Part shown: one piece after another, positions 34,149 through 42,308 of the stretch | How positions within the stretch are numbered: position 1 is the first letter of the stretch | Layout of the letters: each line of letters starts with the position of its first letter | Source of the DNA: Octopus bimaculoides | Lineage: Eukaryota | Reading direction: 5' to 3' | Assembly (NCBI RefSeq): GCF_001194135.2 | Contig: NC_068983.1 | Span: forward strand, 90,054,297 to 90,096,604 | DNA: 42,308 nt | Program-made: the position numbers and the translations under genes | The notes under the pieces: generated by a model | Seen by the model: the letters and a program-made list of their open reading frames with translations, nothing else | Databases searched by the model: none | Told to the model about the DNA's origin: nothing

Positions 34149-34250
34149 ATTGCTATCTGGTTCATTACAGTATTGTGTGCGCATGCCCAAACGGAAGAAA
34201 TAGCGTCAGGACTTCTATATTGTTTGCATGTCGGAAGCTCGGAGTTGGAT
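34135..34250 (-). promoter_or_regulatory. Probable housekeeping-type promoter/5' UTR of the Raver-like gene
   Basis: CpG-containing patch with a YY1-like CGCCATATT overlapping the ATG and ETS-like CGGAAG motifs (ACGGAAG at 34191, TCGGAAG near 34231). TSS not determinable. Confidence 0.5.
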
Positions 34251-35747
34251 TTTAAATAATTTTTCGTACTTAAAAAATTCAAATATTTCTGATATTAGAA
34301 TATTTGTCAAATTTTGAATAAGTTTTTTTTTTATTTTAAATATTTCTTTATATGTTATTCTGTTTCAAACCGAATTAATCATAACTTACAAGCAACTAGT
34401 TTTCGTAAGTTTTTTTTAATTTTAATGTATGTACAATAAAACGTAATTACAGCATTTTCCAGAAATATTAAATATTTTCTATAGGTCTATAAAACATTCA
34501 ATTTTATTCCATTTCTATCATAACACGAATAATGAGCATTATTTTAAAAGTAGAATATGTTATATGAGTTGACGGTCGAGTACAATTAACCTCAGACCAT
34601 AAAAAGTTTGTAGTATAAACATAGGGAAAAGAATCTAGTTCAAATTTCTTAACATGTGGATGGAGAGGGTTTGATAATGCAATAAAAAAAACAGCTAAAT
34701 GGTAACTTATATAAAAGTACTTCAAGACAGAAATTATATTCGTTTGCGTATCCTACTCCTTTATACTATTATGTCGTAATGTAATTTGCTGCTAAAACAA
34801 CTCAGGAATTGATACAATCAAAATCTAGATTTTAATGTTGATATTTAGTAGTGATGACAGGAAAATTTGCTTACTATAAATTGTGGAATTGATGTGTCGA
34901 TTACATAATCTAATAATACTGTTATATTAGATTTATATGACTGAGAATTTGAAATTCTCCTTATAAAAAGTGCGTTTCCTAGGCCTAGATATTAATTCAT
35001 GGGAATGATATATACATTAAATAAATGTAAATGAATATATAACAAATTAGCTCATTCGTTTTATGGCTTTTTTCAAAACAACACTGCAATCTTTTTATAT
35101 ATTTGAGAAACCAGTACTTTTAACATTTCTAAGATTGGCATGAGATTTTCTCGCTAGAAGCAGGTAACAAAAGATGATAACAATAAATGGTTACATTTTG
35201 CATTTTGTTTTCCTTTGCCAATTGTTGTAGTTGTATAAACTCAGGGCGACCTGATCGAGCAATACCTATAACAAATGCTGTAGGATATTAATTAGATGTA
35301 CCCTATGGTTCCATAGCTCCAATTAAACGATATTTTCATTTCGTTAAAAACAAAACTGCCATTTGTGACATGTTTGATTGAATGTAGTACTGTGTCAGTC
35401 TGAACCTGCATGTCTCGGATTCTGCGGTAGCTCAGAGAAGATTATTATTTGTACTTTATAAAATGTTAGCAGCAGTTGTGAGTTGAAATTTTCCGGCCAA
35501 ACCTACATTTTGTGACATAAAAACATAACAGTACCTTCTACTCTATCAAATTATCCATCAGTAATTCTATTCCTTAGCAATATGTAAGGCAATTTCAAAT
35601 TATTGTAATATTTTCTTTCAGTCAAACTCATATCACTTCGTTTGAGCATTTTTACCAGCTTTGGAAATATGTTTGTGTTTGTCTACGAGTGTATTTTTTA
35701 ATGTATGTTTACATTTTTTATGAATATTTATTCGTGTATATGCGCCA

Positions 35748-35749
<2 letters not shown>

Positions 35750-35788
<39 letters not shown>

Positions 35789-35830
35789 CATACATACATA
35801 TAAACATACATGCATACACATACGTACGTA
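35750..35830. repeat. (TA)n/(TACA)n microsatellite
   Basis: Direct reading. Confidence 0.95.
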
Positions 35831-35871
35831 CGTGCAAAATATGGTGAAGAAAATAGCACTCGAATACCAAA

Positions 35872-36016
35872 AGTAGATCATCTTTTAGCGTCCGTATTCC
35901 ATACAGGGATGGGTTGGACGAAATCTGACAGAGCAGAGAACTATGTGAAACTCTAAAGTCTGTTTTTGCCATGGTTTCTACTGCATGATGACCTTAACAC
36001 CAGCTATTGCACAGAG
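35872..36016 (-). mobile_element. RTE 3'-tail fragment
   Basis: Reverse complement ...TCGTCCAACCCATCCCTGTATGGAATACGGACGCTAAAAGATGAT matches the tails at 988, 9879 and 27200. Confidence 0.65.
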
Positions 36017-37069
36017 TGTACGGGGTTCCTTTTTTTTTTTTTTTTCATCTCACCAGAATTAGGTCACCTAGTAGCTTGGGCGACAAGACTCCTTGACTGA
36101 TGTGGATAGCATAGAGAGAAGTGGTTTATGCCAAGTGTTAAGAGACAAGAGTGTAAAAACAAACATTTGATTTTCCGAGTTGAGATTCAAAACCGTATCT
36201 AAGGATTCTCGTTCGCCTGATCCACCACTGGCCGAACAGGTGCGAAAGAAATTTCTTTGTTCAGTCAAAAAGTGATGGATGAATTTCCATTCGCCCTCCA
36301 AACTGAGCTGGACAGCTGGCGACCTACATAGGTAGAAATTACTCCTATGGTATGTCTGTTCTTCTAGCTAGGATGACCATTATAAATACAGTCAGACACC
36401 CTACAGATAGGCAGACGGCTAGCAACAGGCAAGCAGTCATGAGAGCTAGATAGTAGACCAATGACACAGCACTGTAGCAGAACACAAACAGACAGGGCAG
36501 AAAGACAACACGACCTGACCAAATGACCAATACACACACAGAGACAAAACATGCCCTGTACTACCTCATCACATCGACACTATTTCTCCTGTTGTTTTTT
36601 TAACTTCGCCAACTCGAAGCAGTTGGTAACTTTATGTAGCAGCTTTTATTGATATTGGGACTCAAACTTTGTGTATCCAACACGTAACTGCAAGTGTGGA
36701 TCAAATAAATTATTTATAAACTACATTTCAATGCTTTCCTCATTCATTTATTTTGATGTTGTCAACACGCCTATCTTCATCTGCTTTATCAACAACACTC
36801 TTTGCTACACATCCCACTACATTTAGTATTCCCAACGAAGAATGACAGCTTTCACATCATGCATCACTAAATCAGAACTGGAAAATTGCTGCAATTAGTC
36901 ATCACACTATGGTTCTACCAGAACACAACCCAGTGGCGAACTCATCCACAGTAAATGGCATTCCAGGTTGTGATTACACTGATGATTCCACCATTCTAGA
37001 CACATGACTCCACATTGTGGTTTCATCATATTGAGGCCCAGTTTTCTTCAAACTGAATAGATAGCGATG

Positions 37070-38625
37070 CATCTCGCCTTATGCACATAATCAGTTCCCT
37101 ATCGCCAAAGATTATGAACACGGTCCGAGATCTCATTATGGCACCACCTGGTTCTGTGTCGTACGACATTCAAAACAATCCTTATCACCCTCACTTCAAA
37201 GTCCCAGCAAAAGCATCTCCACCAGCTCCTTACATCGGAGGAATTGGGAGAAAGAATGCCCTCCCAGCTTTTATGGAGAATGAAGCAGCTTCTGGGTGAT
37301 GAGATCCTCTCTGTAAAGATCTTTAAGCAACTTTTTCTCCAGCGTCTACCCTCCAACACGCAGGTAGTCCTCGCTTCTACACAAGAATCCACTTCCATTG
37401 AGGAACTGGCAGAGCTTGCAGACAAAATTGCCGAGGAACCACATAGATATTCAACATTATCAACTTTGACACCAGCCATTCCTCTTACAAATCCTTTCCT
37501 TTCCTTTCCTCAACCAGTGCTTCCGAAATTTCGAACTTGCTTTCATTGATGACACAGCAGGCATCACAGATACAGGCCCTGACAACACAGATAAAAGCCC
37601 TATCGTTTGGTATTCCCCATCAAAGTAGCAGCTAAGCGCATCAATTTCGTAGGCAGTCACGAAGCTCGAATGCCTCCTGGAACTCACAGGAAACTTGTTG
37701 GTATCACCGTAAATTTGGAACATGGGCGCAGAAATGAAGGATTTTATGCTCCTTCTCAGCATCTCATTCGGGAAATGACACAGCCAGGAATTGAACACGA
37801 TGGAAGTTCCTGGCTCTCACCCACAAAGTTGCCTGTATTTCGTCTGTGATTGTTTAACAGGGATGCATTTCCTTGTTGATACCAGCATGGAAGTCAGCAT
37901 AATCCCTGTTTCCTGCACTTCAGGCAACAGAAAAGAGACACCTGTCTGTCTTCAGGCAGTCAACTACTCACTGATTCCAACCTACAGTGAACAGCCCCTA
38001 ACACTGAACTTATGACTACGCCACAATTTCCAATTGATATTCGTCATTGCCAAACTACCAACCCCTATTTTAGGAGCTAATTTTCATCATTTCGGTCTCT
38101 TTATAGATATCAAGTACAGAAGACTTGTTGACAGTACCACTCAGCTCACTGTGCATGGTATAACCGTTCGTATGGCCACAGTCAACCCAACCATTTTAGA
38201 AAACAACGACAACCCATCACAGTGCTATCATTAAACAATACCTGGACATCACTTGATCAGTATTCCATAGTCAGCCTATTAAGCATGAAGTTACCTACCA
38301 CATCAAGACCCACAGTCCACCTGTTGCTGCACAACTCCGAAGGCTACCACCAGATCGTCTCAAGGCCACCAAGCGAGAATTCCAGCACATGCTCGACCTC
38401 GGAATCATCTGCCCACCCAGCAGCAACTGGTCCTCACCAATACACTACGTTCCCAAGAAGTCATCAACAGATTGGCGAGTTTGTGGTGATTATCAATCAC
38501 TAAATAAGTGCACCGTACCCAATTCCTATCCTGTACCTCATCTTACAGGACTTTTCTAGCTCATTGCATGGAGCTCGCGTCTTTTCAAAGATCGATCTTG
38601 TGCAAGCTTACAATCAAATCTCTAT
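37070..38625 (+). pseudogene. Gypsy gag-protease-RT (N-terminal part) remnant
   Basis: KQLFLQRLPSNTQVVLAS, ELAELADKI, CWYHRKFGT (gag knuckle-like), FLVDTSMEVSIIP (protease), PILGANF, and LHGARVFSKIDLVQAYNQI (RT), then (TA)n and a gap. Confidence 0.9.
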
Positions 38626-38656
38626 CTTTACATATATATATATATATATATATATA

Positions 38657-39246
38657 NNNNNNNNNNNNNNNNNNNNNNNNNNNNNNNNNNNNNNNNNNNN
38701 NNNNNNNNNNNNNNNNNNNNNNNNNNNNNNNNNNNNNNNNNNNNNNNNNNNNNNNNNNNNNNNNNNNNNNNNNNNNNNNNNNNNNNNNNNNNNNNNNNNN
38801 NNNNNNNNNNNNNNNNNNNNNNNNNNNNNNNNNNNNNNNNNNNNNNNNNNNNNNNNNNNNNNNNNNNNNNNNNNNNNNNNNNNNNNNNNNNNNNNNNNNN
38901 NNNNNNNNNNNNNNNNNNNNNNNNNNNNNNNNNNNNNNNNNNNNNNNNNNNNNNNNNNNNNNNNNNNNNNNNNNNNNNNNNNNNNNNNNNNNNNNNNNNN
39001 NNNNNNNNNNNNNNNNNNNNNNNNNNNNNNNNNNNNNNNNNNNNNNNNNNNNNNNNNNNNNNNNNNNNNNNNNNNNNNNNNNNNNNNNNNNNNNNNNNNN
39101 NNNNNNNNNNNNNNNNNNNNNNNNNNNNNNNNNNNNNNNNNNNNNNNNNNNNNNNNNNNNNNNNNNNNNNNNNNNNNNNNNNNNNNNNNNNNNNNNNNNN
39201 NNNNNNNNNNNNNNNNNNNNNNNNNNNNNNNNNNNNNNNNNNNNNN
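38657..39246. other. Assembly gap (N run)
   Basis: Run of N. Confidence 1.
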
Positions 39247-40069
39247 CTACACAATATTTTACACCCATTCCAGTTTTTTTTGTTTTTTTTTATTTTCATT
39301 TCCAGGTCAAAGATGTAAACTTTAACTGAAATTTCTTTGTCCTCTCAAAAAGTGATGGATGGATTTCCATTCGACCTCCGACCTGAGCTTTGTGACTGAG
39401 GGTTCAACTGGACGGCTGGCGACCTACATAGGTAGAAATTACTCCTATGGTATGTCTGTTCTTCTAGCTAGGATGACCATTATAAATACAGTCAAACACT
39501 ACAGATAGGCAGACGACTAGCAACAAGCAAGCAGTCAAGAGAGCTAGATGGCAGACCAATGATACAGCACTGTAGCAGAACACAAACAGACAGGGCAGAA
39601 AGACAACACGACCTGACCAAATGACCAATACATACACAGAGACAAAACATGCCCTGTACTACCTCATCACATCGACACAATATTTCTCCTGTTGTTTTTT
39701 TTACTTCGCCAACTCGAAGCAGTTGGTAACTTTATGTAGCAGCTTTCATTGATATTGGGACTCAAACTTTATGTATCCAACATGTAAATACAAGTGTGGA
39801 TCAAATAAGTTATTTAAACTACATTCCGATGCTTTCCTCATTGTTTTACTTTGATGTTGTCAACATGCCTGTCTTCATCTGCTACATCAACACCTTTTGC
39901 AACACATCCTGCTACAAGAGTATAATGGTGGGATAAGAACAGATATCTTGCTGTCAAGAAAATACTTGGCTACTCCAGCTGGAAAAGGAGAGACAAAGAT
40001 GGTGTGTTGAGAGATGTCAGTAGAGCAGGATCATATTTTATTGAATAGATCTCAATTGATGGTTTCTAA

Positions 40070-40145
40070 ACCATGCATGCATGCATATATGGAAGCATGC
40101 ATGCATACATACATACATGCATACATACATACATACATACACACT
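40070..40145. repeat. (ATGC)n/(ATAC)n microsatellite
   Basis: Direct reading. Confidence 0.9.
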
Positions 40146-40315
40146 ATTAAACCTTTCTTTCGAGATATATGGGCTGAGAAGTGCTCAGAGTGAGTCTGAG
40201 ATGAACGATAAATTGAAGAAGTACTCAGAAACAAAGTTTAGGTGAATCAGCAAATTCCCAAACGGAAAACACATAGACGTAAAATTTTTTTAATATTTTA
40301 AAAAATACATATACA

Positions 40316-40486
40316 GGCGCGGGTGTGGCTGCGTGATAAGTAGCTTGCTTACCAACCACATGGTTCTGGGTTTAGTCCCACTGCGTGGCATCTTGGGCAA
40401 GTGTCTTCTACTATAGCCTCGGGCCGACCAAAGCCTCGTGAGTGGATTTGGTCGACGGAAACTGAAAGAAGCCCGTCGTATATATA
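40316..40486 (+). mobile_element. SINE head; tail resumes at 41936 after a gap and an LTR insertion
   Basis: Same head as 16653 and 28745, running into (TA)n and a gap. Confidence 0.9.
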
Positions 40487-41368
40487 NNNNNNNNNNNNNN
40501 NNNNNNNNNNNNNNNNNNNNNNNNNNNNNNNNNNNNNNNNNNNNNNNNNNNNNNNNNNNNNNNNNNNNNNNNNNNNNNNNNNNNNNNNNNNNNNNNNNNN
40601 NNNNNNNNNNNNNNNNNNNNNNNNNNNNNNNNNNNNNNNNNNNNNNNNNNNNNNNNNNNNNNNNNNNNNNNNNNNNNNNNNNNNNNNNNNNNNNNNNNNN
40701 NNNNNNNNNNNNNNNNNNNNNNNNNNNNNNNNNNNNNNNNNNNNNNNNNNNNNNNNNNNNNNNNNNNNNNNNNNNNNNNNNNNNNNNNNNNNNNNNNNNN
40801 NNNNNNNNNNNNNNNNNNNNNNNNNNNNNNNNNNNNNNNNNNNNNNNNNNNNNNNNNNNNNNNNNNNNNNNNNNNNNNNNNNNNNNNNNNNNNNNNNNNN
40901 NNNNNNNNNNNNNNNNNNNNNNNNNNNNNNNNNNNNNNNNNNNNNNNNNNNNNNNNNNNNNNNNNNNNNNNNNNNNNNNNNNNNNNNNNNNNNNNNNNNN
41001 NNNNNNNNNNNNNNNNNNNNNNNNNNNNNNNNNNNNNNNNNNNNNNNNNNNNNNNNNNNNNNNNNNNNNNNNNNNNNNNNNNNNNNNNNNNNNNNNNNNN
41101 NNNNNNNNNNNNNNNNNNNNNNNNNNNNNNNNNNNNNNNNNNNNNNNNNNNNNNNNNNNNNNNNNNNNNNNNNNNNNNNNNNNNNNNNNNNNNNNNNNNN
41201 NNNNNNNNNNNNNNNNNNNNNNNNNNNNNNNNNNNNNNNNNNNNNNNNNNNNNNNNNNNNNNNNNNNNNNNNNNNNNNNNNNNNNNNNNNNNNNNNNNNN
41301 NNNNNNNNNNNNNNNNNNNNNNNNNNNNNNNNNNNNNNNNNNNNNNNNNNNNNNNNNNGCAGGCTGAA
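40487..41368. other. Assembly gap (N run)
   Basis: Run of N. Confidence 1.
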
Positions 41369-41935
41369 ATCTCTTGTCTGTTTATTATCGTGGTGAAGCT
41401 AAGTCACCTAACAGAATCGAAGAGAGAGAGAGATGTGCCGCGGTGGTTTGGTTTGGTGTACATAGAAAGTCGTGTTGACGCTGGATAGTAGTCGTAGAAT
41501 CGTGTTGCTGATGTGGTGACGGCGGTGGTCATCGTTGGCTGGACGAAGGTGTTGAAGTGGTCGCTGGCTGATTGTTGCTGCTGCTGTCGTGTGGTACACG
41601 GAACAGATCTCAAAGAGAAACTGGACCGAGACAACTTTGTTGGGTATGAGTTGCTCTATTTAAAGCGTTAAGAAGGCTCCAAGACGGTAGTAAGAAAACA
41701 CTATCACGTGACCTTATTAAGGGCTGTGATTGGTCAGTTTGCGTTCTGGCGGGAAAGGTTCGAAGAATTTGCCGCTTCAAATAATAATCAGTCACGTGAT
41801 GACAAGGCTGGTGTTTTCCACTACGCTCGCTTGTTTATATTTAAATGAGAAGATTGTATGTAATGGCGATAGCAGTTTTGTATCTAATGGCGATAGGTAG
41901 TTTTGTATCTAATGGCGATAGGTAGTTTCACTACA
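41369..41935 (-). mobile_element. LTR (solo or 5' LTR) inserted in the SINE linker, CpG-rich
   Basis: Minus strand starts TGTAG at 41935, like the Gypsy LTRs in this window. It contains two CACGTG (41793-41798, 41705-41710), CCAAT (41733-41729), TATA-like TTTAAATA (41664-41657) and AATAAA (41396-41391) in U3-R order. Confidence 0.72.
41861..41930. repeat. Three tandem 24-25-bp units at the LTR U3 end
   Basis: TAATGGCGATAG(G)(T/C)AGTTTTGTATC repeated three times, the third truncated. Confidence 0.9.
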
Positions 41936-42162
41936 TATATGTATGTGTGTATGCGTTTGCGTGTCTGTGTTTGTCCCTCCAACATCGCTTGACAACCGAT
42001 ACTGGTGTGTTTACGTCCCCGTAACTTAGCGGTTTGGCAAACGAGATCGATAGAATAAGTACTAGGCTTCCAAAGAATAAGTTCTGGGGTCGATTTGCTC
42101 GACTAAAGGCGGTGCTCCAGCATGGCCACAGTCAAATGATTGAAACAAGTAAAAGAGTAAAG
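41936..42162 (+). mobile_element. SINE linker and tail
   Basis: TTTGTCCCTCCAACATCGC...GGCGGTGCTCCAGCATGGCCACAGTCAAATGATTGAAACAAGTAAAAGAG, near-identical to the other copies. Confidence 0.93.
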
Positions 42163-42308
42163 AGCATTAATACATATTAATACAGATCAATACAAATCTA
42201 TATATTAACCTGTATTAATGTATATATATTTTTTTTTATATTTTAAAAATTGTATGTCTATGTGTGTTCTATTTGGGAATTTGCCGATTGACCAAAAACT
42301 TTGTTTCT

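Larger units (their letters stand above)
36017..39916 (+). mobile_element. Gypsy LTR retrotransposon 2, partial or internally deleted (or gap under-sized)
   Basis: Shared LTR sequence 36248-36821 and 39328-39916, both ending CTACA. Candidate TSD AGAG (36013-36016 and 39917-39920). Internal gag, protease and RT start. The left boundary is uncertain. Confidence 0.8.

Noticed and set aside
33882-34282. Overlapping ORFs 33882-34259 (+) and 33998-34282 (-)
   Set aside because: Shadow frames of the real exon, with no homology or splice support.
39275-39330. Strong plus-strand acceptor-like signal (poly-T...TTTCCAG|GTC), and a donor-like AAGCAG|GTAACA near 35163, suggesting a divergent gene
   Set aside because: The following frame stops quickly or runs into LTR sequence, no coding partner is recognisable, and such signals are common by chance.

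Overview
AT-rich, repeat-dense animal DNA with four assembly gaps. The SINE and RTE repeat families look like those of octopods (inference from recalled repeat motifs, not a database search). The one host gene I can support is on the minus strand: a Raver-like (PTB-binding RRM protein) gene. Its first coding exon (34148-33762) splices in frame to a 67-nt second exon (397-331) across a 33.4-kb first intron, and the gene continues beyond the left edge. The intron and upstream region contain a Buster-type hAT transposon with TIRs and 8-bp TSD, smaller hAT and piggyBac derivatives, several decayed RTE LINEs, a 5'-truncated HERO-like RLE retrotransposon with a 15-bp TSD, a complete but dead Gypsy element (LTRs, PPT, GATC TSD), a second partial Gypsy, a CpG-rich LTR pointing at the Raver promoter, and tRNA-derived SINEs. 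I found no clear-cut new biological system. The most interesting unexplained structures are intronic dsRNA-forming elements (a ~40-bp hairpin whose mismatches are all G-U in the host-sense strand, and a ~370-bp inverted repeat pair), a 32-bp inverted copy of transposase sequence just outside its transposon, and the upstream LTR promoter.
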